A stretch of DNA of 64,000 nucleotides from Naegleria gruberi (lineage: Eukaryota), in assembly GCA_000004985.1 (NCBI GenBank), contig GG738898.1, one strand, 5' to 3'. Below, in pieces: positions 22,901-32,745 of the stretch. Numbering within the stretch: position 1 is the stretch's first letter; every line of letters starts with the position of its first letter. The notes beneath the pieces were generated by a model, which saw only the letters and a list, made by a program, of their open reading frames with translations, did no database searches and was not told the origin of the DNA. The translations under genes were made by a program, and so were the position numbers.

Positions 22901-23372
22901 GAGAAAGATTCAACAGAGAGTTATTATTATTCGTATTATTGTTTGTATGTGGCTGTACAAAGTGAGAATAATTCATTCCTGGAATGAGATTATTTCCTCC
23001 CAGAATTGAATTGTTGTTGTTATTATTATTATTACTATTAACATTATGATTGGTATTAGTGTAGAATAGACTACTTTGAAATCCATTCATCATTCCGTTC
23101 GTTGCTGCTGTTGGAGATGAAAGACTTGAATTTGGTGTAATATTATTATTATTTGGTTGTTGTTGATGAAGGCTATCGAGGAGACTTTTTCTATTGTTAT
23201 TCATCATGATGGAGGATGGGGAGGAATTATGTCCAATGATACCTTGTTGTACACCAACATTCAAATGAGGTGTTGTCTGTTGTGTTGGTGGTGCTCCCGA
23301 GATTGCATGTTGTTGTTGCTGATGATTTGGATTTCCAAAGGGATGAAATCCTGCTGTTGAAGGATTGAACAT
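19938..23372 (-). CDS. CCCH zinc-finger protein with N/Q-rich low-complexity N-terminus (contains assembly gap)
   Basis: ATG at 23370..23372. N-terminal poly-Asn/Gln/Gly region. After the gap the frame continues into a Lys/Glu-rich region and two C-x8-C-x5-C-x3-H type fingers (CRDHFKGKCKFGSGICPYSH and CMKHSSIQSCGNGKNCKFLH), then a conserved C-terminal domain. Frame across gap 21634..22266 is unverifiable. Confidence 0.6.
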   Translation of the reverse strand: MFNPSTAGFHPFGNPNHQQQQHAISGAPPTQQTTPHLNVGVQQGIIGHNSSPSSIMMNNNRKSLLDSLHQQQPNNNNITPNSSLSSPTAATNGMMNGFQSSLFYTNTNHNVNSNNNNNNNNSILGGNNLIPGMNYSHFVQPHTNNNTNNNNSLLNLSQQQPISTNNPHNDGFQLLGNNKLFSHSPSNNNNLASNLLRNNNNLSNSNLTNTNSNPFGLSLLGSSTTEPIGTRNHVMNAPPMGNMVNNGLVNNNLGNNSFNNGLTGNLNTGGSSGLHGGLVNNLNNPSSSLLSSFHNDFGNRAFQQQQQQQFNNLNLSMGNTNSALGWNNNIGGGNNLVGFNTTGNNGLGVSNSASGGLMNNNPNGGQLLXXXXXXXXXXXXXXXXXXXXXXXXXXXXXXXXXXXXXXXXXXXXXXXXXXXXXXXXXXXXXXXXXXXXXXXXXXXXXXXXXXXXXXXXXXXXXXXXXXXXXXXXXXXXXXXXXXXXXXXXXXXXXXXXXXXXXXXXXXXXXXXXXXXXXXXXXXXXXXXXXXXXXXXXXXXXXXXXXXXXXXXXXXXXXXXXXXXXXXXXXXXXXXXXXXXXTVVSTPEINSTTPSDKNKESAKKKPEPQPVSQKSKSKKKNDKAKAAQEVKPLVETPKLEKEEKSEQEKLDEELAKKLQREFELEYLRNLDTSSKSKNNSFTTSSSGKKKKVLEEIPDKIPLASSSNSFSVLESVPAEIQSSEKTTKKQTQTQPVSSKNSKKNKNKKKNEPTPQPKKEEKEKPEPEKVEKVETKTKTEAKEEGYNKPCRDHFKGKCKFGSGICPYSHDRSFYIKYQQEHPDEFPPLTTPKSKKKEVVEIIPEPQAPQKKTEVCMKHSSIQSCGNGKNCKFLHLSDMSLHDLYRKCCTGHSDRICKCAPQNDLPILYIEGVTKLTKKQMQEVNEKSFMKALGVFKMTEQALYQHLPEIKSIPSSERKHKRFLYIFHDTCVKLIISKIERSEANRVKKLFNETEEEDARKRQAELSSQRYDQEKDDELHPTWQITGLTSHQHCILRFIESVLPLCFVAPDCDSYGEGEPFDEAMYGHSVDSYDLLRLYPSIMERVFEMIAPDDESDEDLSKELLMMMLGKACEKKKASASHANNTRDPNYQNLVNCIGPIVFDPNHH
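21634..22266. other. assembly gap (633 N) inside the CCCH zinc-finger gene low-complexity region
   Basis: Run of n characters. Confidence 1.
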
Positions 23373-23439
23373 TTTTTTGTGTATGTTTTACAATTTTAAT
23401 TAATATTATTTGGTAAGGAGTATTTGAAAACAATGTTAT

Positions 23440-25846
23440 TTATTCCAATTGATCAAAGAGATCATTATCACCAATCTTTTCATCCTCACTCTCTTCTTGA
23501 ATGACAGCAGCAATAACGGCTTCAGTGAGGAATTTCTTGGCTTCATCTTCTGTTACCTCACTTTCATCACATTCATCTTGAGTGATGAGGGAAATGTTAT
23601 TTTGTACAATGAAGGAACACCAGAAATCTTCTCTCTTACCCTTAGAATAGGATTGTTTGAGTTTCTTTAAGAAGTTATTGAACTGATTAGGTTCAGCTTC
23701 TCTGATACAACCTTCTCTCAATGTCTTGATACAGGCCAAGACTTTTTCATAGTATTGATCTTCAATAGAATCATTGACCAATTTAAATATGACAACTTGC
23801 ATTTCTTGAATGGCTTTATCGACCATATCCACATCCTTTCTGTTGAGCATTTCTGAGAAATCCTTTGTTGGATTTGTTGTCTTGACAGAGTTGGCTTGTT
23901 CCATAAATAAATTATTAAGACCAACACGTTGTTGTACTTCATTGAATTGAGCATCACTCATACCATCATAGGCACCATCCTTGAGACGTTTAACAACCTG
24001 TCCAACATGATCTGATTCCAGAAGGGCTGTGCCTTGTACATTTTCTGCTACTTCTTCCAAATTGTAAGAATCGAGTGTAATTTCATTTTCTCCCATAGCA
24101 AACCAATATTTTCTCTTTCCTAGTTTTGAGTCAGCTTCAACTTCCTTAGTTGGGAATAGTGATTTGAATTTAAGTCTATGTTCCTTAGTTTTTTCCATTA
24201 ATTTGTAATAGAATGATTCTGGATTCATTTCAGGATAACAAAACTTTGTAATGAGTGGTTCAACAGGAGGCAGTGGATCATTAGGTTTGAGAGCTCTCAC
24301 ATGAAGACAATCATAAAAGTGTTGTACAAGTGGATTATAAATACAGGTTGGTTTCATAGCTTCGGATTTTTCACCATTCTCATCTTCATCAGCATCCATC
24401 AAGTCCATTGATTTGATTAAATCTTCAGCTGCTTGAAGTTGTTCCTCAGAATGTTTAACTGTAGAGAAGGATTTGAATGGATACTCTCTGATATCTTCAG
24501 CAAATGGAAGTGCATTGAAATATAAACATTCAGAATTTGTACCAATGTGTGGGTACAAGAATCCAAGTTTAGGTTCAAGATCGTCTCTATATACATATGT
24601 AATAATCATGACCATTTCCAATTCAGAAAGGGCTCTGATAAATGATGATAATGCAATTTGTGCAAATGGATCATCTGGTTTGGCAATGAATGAATAGGTT
24701 TCTGCCATAAAGTGAGATCTATCTATATTCTTTTCATCTGTAAATCCCAATACAGTAATACCCTTAGATGATTTGTATTTGAGTGCCTTTTCGTTAACAA
24801 TATTGAAAGGAACAAAGTTTTTACCATACTTGTATGCTTTAACAGTCTTATCCTTTTCAATTTGATTATCTGGATCATCGTATGAATAGTAACATCTTTC
24901 CATTTGAACATCTCCATCACCACCTGTGTTGGCTCTTCTAGAAACAAGGGAGAGACGTTTAGCTGTTGGAAGAGAGGTCTTTTCGGTTTTTTTGTAAACC
25001 CAAACTGGTATCTTGATATTTCCTGCAATATCTAAATTTCCTCTAAAGGTTGTTCTTGACAAGACCTTTTTACTCTTGAATAGTAAAAGAGTATCGATGG
25101 CTTGTTGAATTGGAATTACAATACCACCAACATTTTTACACATATCACATAAGAAGATTTCATTTCTCAATTTTGGTGTCTTTCCAACAATCTTTCCATT
25201 ATCATCTTCAAGTTTAACTTCTGTATTTACAAAATCCAAACCAATAACATTAACTTTAACATCTTGATTCCTCATTCCTTGATAAATATTTTCTCTAGTG
25301 TCATTATCAACTGAAATTTCAGTTCCACCAGCATCTGAAACAATAACAATTCTCTTGGCATATTTACGTTTACCACATCTGTCCTTGATCATGTCTGTTG
25401 CAACAATAACAGCATCAAATAAATCACCTTCAGGTGACATTCCGATAGTGTCAATATTAATACTATCAACAATTTTAAAAAGATCCAATGATACCGTATC
25501 AATAGCTTGTTCAATATAAATATTTTCATATTCTCCTTCGTATTCATCATTGAGATGATTTTTAGTTTTCTTTGTACCAACAAGAACAAATCCTACTTCA
25601 TCCTTTGGACTATATCTCATCTGTTTCATTCGAATGATAAATAGATATTGATCGTGATGATGAATTTGGTGATGATAATGAATTTCCTATTATTAAATTA
25701 CTAACCTTCATTTTGATGAGAAGAGTAATGGCTCTTTTAGCCTTCTCAAATTCATCCCGCGATCTTGTTCCCAACGATTTACCAACATCAAATATAATAA
25801 CCAAGGCTTCTTTAGCTGGTGGAGGTGCAACCGAAGAAGCGCTCAT
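23440..25846 (-). CDS. ku80: Ku80 (XRCC5) homolog; complement(join(23440..25620,25706..25846))
   Basis: Exon 1 (MSASSVAPPPAKEALVIIFDVGKSLG...AITLLIKMK) is a vWA-like Ku N-terminus. An 85-bp intron (GTTAGT...AAACAG, 25621..25705) joins it to MRYSPKDEVGFVLVGT..., which is collinear with human Ku80 (VFAENKDEIALVLFGT, VLGF, conserved core). The C-terminus EDFWCSFIVQNNISLITQDE...EDEAKKFL matches the Ku80 C-terminal region. Total 2322 nt, in frame. Confidence 0.85.
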
Positions 25847-26123
25847 TTTTTTGTTTTTTGAATTTTTTAAATTAAAACGGATTGTTTTTATTTTCTTTTA
25901 AATGGTGGAAAATATTTGGCGCCAAAGTTTTCCTTTCAATAGTTGAACAAAAAACAATGGATTCAAGTCGGTTGGTTTATTAAGGTGGGACGAATTGAGA
26001 ACATAGAGAAATGACCGTGAAGGAGCAATCCTTGAATCAGTAAAACAAAAAAATATAGTATGAATATAGTATGAAACTATTTCTTCATCAGTTTTATTCG
26101 ATAGTACAACAAATGATGATCTG

Positions 26124-26700
26124 ATGGTCGGAATAGGTTCCCCATTTCCTGATGATATTTGTTATGAAATTGCATCATTTCTTGATTCTTGGTTTATTTT
26201 GAAAAATTGTTTATTAATTTCCAAACAATGGTTTCGAATAATCAAAGAAAATGCGAAACTTTCTCTCACCTTTACCAAATGCATCACCAACCAATCTATT
26301 GAACTATTTTCCCATAGTCCTTTTTTAAAGAATTTAATTTTCTTGAATGTTGAAAGTGTTGGAGGAAATTTCTGGAATTCTCTTTCATTGATTAAAGATT
26401 TAAAAACTTTATTCATAGGACGTGAAAATGTTTGTTTAGATAATTTGAAAATATTGAGAGAATTGAAACAGTTAACGAAACTTGAGATTAAGAAGCTGTC
26501 ATGAAGGAGCAAAGGCAATTGGTGAATTGAATCAATTGACTGAACTTGTAATTGAAAATAATGGAATTAGGAATGGGGGAGCTGGTGCTATTGGTGGATT
26601 TTCTCAATTGAAATCGCTGAATATTAAACATAATTGTTTAGATTAAGAAGGAGCCAAAATATGATAAGAGAAATGAAACAAGTCTTTTCAAATGATGAAT
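26124..26700 (+). pseudogene. F-box-like/RNI-type LRR paralog, truncated, with frameshift and premature stops
   Basis: ATG at 26124. N-terminus DDICYEIASFLDSWFILKNCLLISKQWFRIIKE is paralogous to the intact gene at 27983. The ORF stops at 26504 (LTKLEIKKLS*). The LRR continues in another frame (SCHEGAKAIGELNQLTELVIENNGIRNGGAGAIGGFSQLKSLNIKHNCLD*), then hits further stops. Confidence 0.55.
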
Positions 26701-26759
26701 TTATCCAGTGCGTTCAAGTTGAAGAGGATTTAGAATAAGAAAAGTTAGTTTATTATGAT

Positions 26760-27782
26760 TTAGACGAATTTTCCCTTTGTAAGAGAATCCATTAGTGTAT
26801 CTTGAGGTAAATTCAATTCCTTCTCAATAACTTCAACACCCATTTCGTCTTCATCTTCTTTCGAATCTATCATGTACGAATCAACTTCTTCATGAGCTTC
26901 TTGTTCCAATTCCAAACTCCATTGTTGAACAGTTCTATCATTTGAGTCGAGTGTTGTTCCTATCAATAATAATTGCATTTCCTCAATGCTTAATAAGGAA
27001 GGTGGGTTTGCAGAGTGAAACTTTCTCTCACCGAAAATCTTTTTAATTTCCTCTTCCTTTCCATGAATTGAAATATCTTCTCTTGGATTGTACAAGTTTG
27101 AAGTACTTTGACCTTTCGAATAGTTTAGATTAGTTTGAGGATTTTTTACACTCACTACCATCGTACCAGCATGTTCAATTCCAAATTGAGTTTGAATCTT
27201 GTTTGGAGATTCATTTTCTAAGAATTTCGGAAATTCAATCACATACGAAAGGTGAGTATGATTCTGATTGTGTTCAATCAATTCATACAATCCGAAAGCA
27301 AGTGGTCTACTCGAGTGAATGACTCTATCTCCTCTCGTAAAGGTTTCATAATGTTCTTCTGACAAACTTTCGTTTACAATCGAATCAATAGACGAATCTA
27401 CTTGACTCACAATAGCAAGTCTTTTCTCTCCCTGTTTAGGAAGTGTCTTCTTTGGAATAATAATCACTCTATTCTTCAATTCTCCTTGAGATTGATCTGG
27501 TTTCAGTACCATTAAGAGTTTCTGAACTTGATCCAAATTGTTGACATGTTCTTGCATGACTTTTGGCTTGTAAAAGAAGTAAATATGACCAAATTCTAAG
27601 AGTTTAACGTTGATATGTTGAGGTTGTTGATTGGGAATTTCGATTCGAGGTGATTGTTCAGTGGATTGATTCGAATAGCTGGACGATTCATGTTGTGGAA
27701 CGAGGTTGAGTGGATGTTTGGTATGCTCCTTGTTGTAGTGAGCATGTTTTGGATGATACATGTAGGGATAGGTTGGATTCAT
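26760..27782 (-). CDS. hypothetical protein (His/Gln-rich N-terminus, acidic C-terminus)
   Basis: 340-aa intron-less ORF with ATG at 27780..27782. Composition resembles neighbouring genes. No recognisable domain. Confidence 0.5.
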   Translation of the reverse strand: MNPTYPYMYHPKHAHYNKEHTKHPLNLVPQHESSSYSNQSTEQSPRIEIPNQQPQHINVKLLEFGHIYFFYKPKVMQEHVNNLDQVQKLLMVLKPDQSQGELKNRVIIIPKKTLPKQGEKRLAIVSQVDSSIDSIVNESLSEEHYETFTRGDRVIHSSRPLAFGLYELIEHNQNHTHLSYVIEFPKFLENESPNKIQTQFGIEHAGTMVVSVKNPQTNLNYSKGQSTSNLYNPREDISIHGKEEEIKKIFGERKFHSANPPSLLSIEEMQLLLIGTTLDSNDRTVQQWSLELEQEAHEEVDSYMIDSKEDEDEMGVEVIEKELNLPQDTLMDSLTKGKFV

Positions 27783-27982
27783 TTTTTTCTGGCAGTTTTT
27801 ATTAGAAATATTGAGTTTGGATTTTGAGAATTATTAGAAATTATCCTTATTTGGAAAATTCCAAAATTAGTCGTTCATCATAAATCAGAACTTATTACAA
27901 GAGAGAGGAGGATGATGCAGCTGTCAACTAATATACTATTCCTTCAACAATTAAAATTTTTATTAGAAATTATTAAAAAAAA

Positions 27983-29053
27983 ATGGACGAAACCATCACA
28001 ACCAATTCACACACCGACTCGACACATATTTTCTCCGATGATATTTGTTTTGAAATTTCCACGTTTTTAGATTCGTGGATAGTCTTGAATTATTGCACAA
28101 AAATCTCCTCACAATGGTTTCGGGTTATCAAGGAACGGTGCAAATTTTCTCTCAATTTCGAACATAAAATTAATAATGAACGAGTTGATTACTTGATGAA
28201 AAGCGAATTTTTGGATAATATTATGGAGGTTACAGTTGAGAATCCAGGATTAATTGCAGATGTTCGATTTTTACAAGCTGTGAAAAAATTAACACGGCTC
28301 TCAATTGACTATAATCGAGTTGGAGTGGAAGGAGCAAGTTTTATTGGGGAAATGAAAAATTTAACATCACTTTCAATATTATTTAATGGGATTGGACCAG
28401 AAGGAGCTAAATCAATAAGTAAATTGGAAAATCTGACAAGTCTTTTCATTAATGTCAATCAATTGGGATCAGAAGGAACAAAGTCTATAAGTGAATTGAA
28501 GCAATTGACATGTTTGGATATTAGTGGAAATCATTTGGGACCAGAGGGTACAAAGTATATTGGTAAACTGACTCAATTGACTCAATTAATTATTTGTAAT
28601 AATGAAATTTATTCAGAGAGATTAAAATTTATAGGTGAGCTTAGACAGCTGACAATTCTTAATGTCAGTTACAATTATATTGATTCAGAGGGAGCTAAAT
28701 ATCTGAGTGAAATGAAGCAATTAACCACTCTACGTATTGATTCGAATAATATTGGACCAGAAGGAGCCAAATCAATTTGTACTTTACAAAATTTAACAAA
28801 TTTAAATGTCGATTCGAATGCAATTGGAGATGAAGGAATTCTATCCATAAGTGAAAAGATGAAAAATCTCAAGTATTTGAATGCTTCCATGAATGGAATT
28901 GGAGATGAAGGAGCTCAATCAATTCTCTCAATGACTCAACTGACGAATTTGAATATAAGTTGTAACAAGATTGGAGAAAATGTATTGAAACTATTTGGTG
29001 GAATGAAACAATTGGTAATATTAGAAATAGGTTTCAATAAGAGTGATTATTAA
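27983..29053 (+). CDS. F-box-like plus RNI-type leucine-rich-repeat protein (intact member of local paralog family)
   Basis: ATG in aaaaaaaaATG context. F-box-like SDDICFEISTFLDSWIVLNYCTKISSQWFRVIKE is followed by about eleven 24-28-residue LRRs of ribonuclease-inhibitor type (LT.L.I..N.IG.EGAK.I..L). Confidence 0.75.
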   Translation: MDETITTNSHTDSTHIFSDDICFEISTFLDSWIVLNYCTKISSQWFRVIKERCKFSLNFEHKINNERVDYLMKSEFLDNIMEVTVENPGLIADVRFLQAVKKLTRLSIDYNRVGVEGASFIGEMKNLTSLSILFNGIGPEGAKSISKLENLTSLFINVNQLGSEGTKSISELKQLTCLDISGNHLGPEGTKYIGKLTQLTQLIICNNEIYSERLKFIGELRQLTILNVSYNYIDSEGAKYLSEMKQLTTLRIDSNNIGPEGAKSICTLQNLTNLNVDSNAIGDEGILSISEKMKNLKYLNASMNGIGDEGAQSILSMTQLTNLNISCNKIGENVLKLFGGMKQLVILEIGFNKSDY

Positions 29054-29596
29054 CGAATTGTATATGAACTGATGATGATTATTCCACACTTTCCATATTG
29101 TACTCTCACACACAAACATTCAAAAAATGTTCAAACGTGTTGACTTGATTGAAATGTTTTTTTGTGCGATTTCTTCACTTTCCTTAACAAGACTCATGAT
29201 TAAATAATTTATTTTTGGGTTTTTTCCCCAATTTCCGTGAAGTATTACGTAAACGTGTTAAAACACACCAAATTACCCACACACCAACGCAACACTGAAA
29301 AAAATGTTGTTCAACAATGAGACTCTTGATACAGAGAGTGTTTTTCATTGGTGTGGCATTATTTCTCTTTCGTGGATGATGATTGTGTTTTTCTTCTCTA
29401 AAAAGTCTACCCTGTTTTCCCATCATGAAAAGTTTGCCTTCTCCTTTGGTAGTCTCTTGGAAAGTGCTCGAAGGAATTCTGTAGATCGTTGAGATGGTGG
29501 GAATGTGTTGTTTTTGTGCTCGGATTCATTAGATTTATGGAAATTAGCTTGATCTTTCTATGTTTTTGCATTTGTGAGAGAGTTGTTCATAAATTG

Positions 29597-30943
29597 ATGA
29601 TGGAGATTGAGGATGGAAAAGCCAAATCATCACAAAAAGAAGAAGTGATGACTCGCTTAGAGAAATCAAGTGGAAAATTGCAGAGAACGAACGAAGCATT
29701 GCAAGAACAATTGAAACAGGAAAGAAACAAAGCAGAAGAGCAATACCAAAAGGCAAAACAAGAATTTGAGCAGATTCGTCTTGCAATAGATTCTTGTAAA
29801 AAATCCACGACAAGAAATGATCAACTATTCGCATTGTTAAAGGATGGTTTAGAACAAAAGGTTGAAATATTGCAAGAACAATTGGCTCAGGAAGTTGAAA
29901 AAACTTTGAATCTTGTTGATGATCTGGCACGCAATGAGAAGGAGTGCACTAAACATAGAAATATGAATGAGAATCTCAGTGAAAAAATCAATGAATTGCA
30001 AGATGAAAACAAATCATTGATTCAATCCTCTGAAAAAGATAAGGCAGAATTGAATCTGTTGAATCAATTGTGTGAAGAATTGAGGGAAAAGAATGAAATT
30101 GTTCAAAAGACAGTTCAACTAAATGAAGACCAATTTCAAATGCTGAAAGAACAACAAACTGAGAATTTGAAAAATCTGGAAGAAACTCGTTCTTGGTACA
30201 ATGCACTTATTTCTACAAAAGAAAGTCTTTTTGAATCACGTAAAAATTCGTATCAAAAAATAATTACCGTGCTTGAAAATCAAATTGAGAGTGCAACGAA
30301 AAATATGAAAGAACAAGAGAAGAAAAGTGCCAAATATAAAAAGGCATATTTGGAATTAAGGCAAAAAAACGAGCAGTTGGAAGGGGAAATCAAAGTTTTA
30401 ACACATGCCTCACAAGATAGAGATTTATTGAGAGACAGAGTGGTTGAATTGACCAAAACGGCTGAGAATGAAATGTTGCTTACTACTCAAAACATGGAGA
30501 AGTTAATGACAAGATTTGGTAATTTAGATGAAAAGAGCACTCAACTTGAAACAAGTGAACTCAAAGCTTGTTATGAACGTGATAGATTTGCTGAAGAAAA
30601 CAAGGAATTGAAAAACAAGGTTTCTGATTTAAATAGCAAGTACGAAACACAAATGAAATTGGTGAATGAATTGACTAGTCAACTAAAGTCCTTGAAAAAA
30701 AAGAAGAATGATTATAAGGAAAGCTCAAAAAGAAATCAAGAATTGGTTTTGGAATTGGAAGAGCAAGTCAATAGACAGAATTCTCTGAATTCAATTGCAT
30801 CACCAATTAAGGAAATTCTTACAAATATTGGAAATGATTCACAACAAGAAATTGAAGATCAATCGTTGTGCAATATTTTGTTATCTACTTCCAATCAAAA
30901 CGAAAACAACCAAAATTCACATCATAACACAACTACTGAATAA
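29597..30943 (+). CDS. coiled-coil protein (Glu/Lys/Gln-rich)
   Basis: Long ORF with heptad periodicity throughout (EALQEQLKQERNKAEEQYQKAKQEFEQIRL...). The start is chosen at ATG 29597 (MMEIEDG). The upstream in-frame stretch back to 29489 starts at a TTG and looks like leader. Start is uncertain by about 60-110 nt. Confidence 0.55.
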   Translation: MMEIEDGKAKSSQKEEVMTRLEKSSGKLQRTNEALQEQLKQERNKAEEQYQKAKQEFEQIRLAIDSCKKSTTRNDQLFALLKDGLEQKVEILQEQLAQEVEKTLNLVDDLARNEKECTKHRNMNENLSEKINELQDENKSLIQSSEKDKAELNLLNQLCEELREKNEIVQKTVQLNEDQFQMLKEQQTENLKNLEETRSWYNALISTKESLFESRKNSYQKIITVLENQIESATKNMKEQEKKSAKYKKAYLELRQKNEQLEGEIKVLTHASQDRDLLRDRVVELTKTAENEMLLTTQNMEKLMTRFGNLDEKSTQLETSELKACYERDRFAEENKELKNKVSDLNSKYETQMKLVNELTSQLKSLKKKKNDYKESSKRNQELVLELEEQVNRQNSLNSIASPIKEILTNIGNDSQQEIEDQSLCNILLSTSNQNENNQNSHHNTTTE

Positions 30944-31029
30944 TCACTGAAAATATAAAAATCCTCTCATTGTAATCTTATTCGAATCTAAATCAAAATG
31001 ATGAACTTGGCAAAAAAAATTTAAAAAAA

Positions 31030-32700
31030 ATGGCTCAACATCTACCACACGAATTATTGCACCACATTTTCACATTTCTTCCCAAACACACGGATCACGA
31101 TATTTTACGAGTCTGTAAAAATTGGCATGATTTAACAAATTATGAAATGTTTTGGTTTTCCACTTTGAAATTTCTAATAGCGCACGAATTTTACAAAATT
31201 CAACAAGAAATTGAGGAATTTAAATGGGTGATGAATGAATTGATTGATTTGGAAGTGGAGAGGAAAATGTACTTGTCAAGATTGAGATGGAAAGAGAAAG
31301 TTTTGATTATTGACAGAATGCCATTGAAAAAGAGAAGACAATTGAGTGAAATTTATGGAGATTCGTATAGGAGAGCAACTAGACAGTTTGTAGAGGAAAA
31401 TAGGAGAAGAGATTTACTGTTGGAGGTTATTCGAATGTTAACACAATATCAAATGAATGAAACTAATAAGGGAACGACAATTTGGAAGAAAGTAATCAAA
31501 TTATTAGAAAGTAATCAGAAATATTCTCTCAAGTCAATTGGAAAAATGAAATTTGGTAAATTAAGTTTAGCAGATATTTTCTCTTCGTATTTCGTGCTCA
31601 ATATTAGAAACAGAGATTATAGAACTAGAGATTTGACAGAGATTTTGGATTTTTTATTTAATAAGTGTGAAATTTCAGTACTGAAATGTATAGAGGGTTT
31701 GTTTCGAATGGGTCATTATTCGATTTTTGATAATGAGGAGCTAGGATTACTTCAAAAGTTCAAAAGAGAGTTGAGTGATCGTAAGGGATTTGGAGTTTCG
31801 AATAATTTCTTGAAAACTCTGTTTTCCCGTGCTGACTTGAGAAAGCTACAACATTTAGAGCTTTCGACCAAGTTTGTAGAGTTGGTAAAGAAACGAAACC
31901 CTGAACGATTTAGAAAATACTTACTGGAACCGCACTTTAATAAGTTCATTAGCCAAGCTAATGGATCTTGGGAATCTTTCGAATTTTATTTCAAGACATT
32001 AGAAATTCAAACATTGCCAAAGTATGAAGAAAGTTTCTTTATCAAAAAGTTACTCTCAGACGAAACTCTAAATGATATTTCAGTGTTAAGGAGAGCCACT
32101 AAGGAATTCTCTCTCAAATTAGATTCACTTCCATATTTTATTCGAAACTTTGGGAAATTCAACTATGAAATGCTATTGTTTCTTGTTGAGGAAACTAATC
32201 ATGCTGTGAATGAACCCATTTATGGATGTTCTCTGCTGTGTGAAATGATTTACAATGCACATTTGAATAATATTTCAATAGCAAATGATATTCTCTCAAT
32301 GGTGGAGAAGGGTGCAATAATTTCAATAGAAACTCAAGACGAAAGATATTCAACCGATGAAATTCTAGAATATTTTTACGAAGAAGAGGAATTTTATTTA
32401 CCAATTATGGAAATATTAGTTGATATTTGTGGAGTTAGATTTAAAAAATTGGATCATTTCATACGAAGAGTGGCTAATAATTGTCGAAACTCTAAATGTT
32501 TCTCTCCCACTGGACTAATCTCTGTAATTGAATTTGCTGGTAAATATTTAAATGTTCAATCCATTTCTACAAGAATATTTCAAGATGCTATGAATCATTA
32601 TTATGACATGTATGTGGAAGAGAAATTTAATGAAAAACAAGCAGAAGAATTCAAGAATTATATTAATGGAAAGTTTGGTGGAAATACCTTAATAAACTAA
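31030..32700 (+). CDS. F-box protein
   Basis: ATG in aaaaaaaATG context. Canonical F-box LPHELLHHIFTFLPKHTDHDILRVCKNWHDL at the N-terminus. 556-aa intron-less ORF. Confidence 0.7.
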   Translation: MAQHLPHELLHHIFTFLPKHTDHDILRVCKNWHDLTNYEMFWFSTLKFLIAHEFYKIQQEIEEFKWVMNELIDLEVERKMYLSRLRWKEKVLIIDRMPLKKRRQLSEIYGDSYRRATRQFVEENRRRDLLLEVIRMLTQYQMNETNKGTTIWKKVIKLLESNQKYSLKSIGKMKFGKLSLADIFSSYFVLNIRNRDYRTRDLTEILDFLFNKCEISVLKCIEGLFRMGHYSIFDNEELGLLQKFKRELSDRKGFGVSNNFLKTLFSRADLRKLQHLELSTKFVELVKKRNPERFRKYLLEPHFNKFISQANGSWESFEFYFKTLEIQTLPKYEESFFIKKLLSDETLNDISVLRRATKEFSLKLDSLPYFIRNFGKFNYEMLLFLVEETNHAVNEPIYGCSLLCEMIYNAHLNNISIANDILSMVEKGAIISIETQDERYSTDEILEYFYEEEEFYLPIMEILVDICGVRFKKLDHFIRRVANNCRNSKCFSPTGLISVIEFAGKYLNVQSISTRIFQDAMNHYYDMYVEEKFNEKQAEEFKNYINGKFGGNTLIN

Positions 32701-32745
32701 TAGGATTAATTACTGATTTCAACAAACTGTTTATATTTTGAATTC

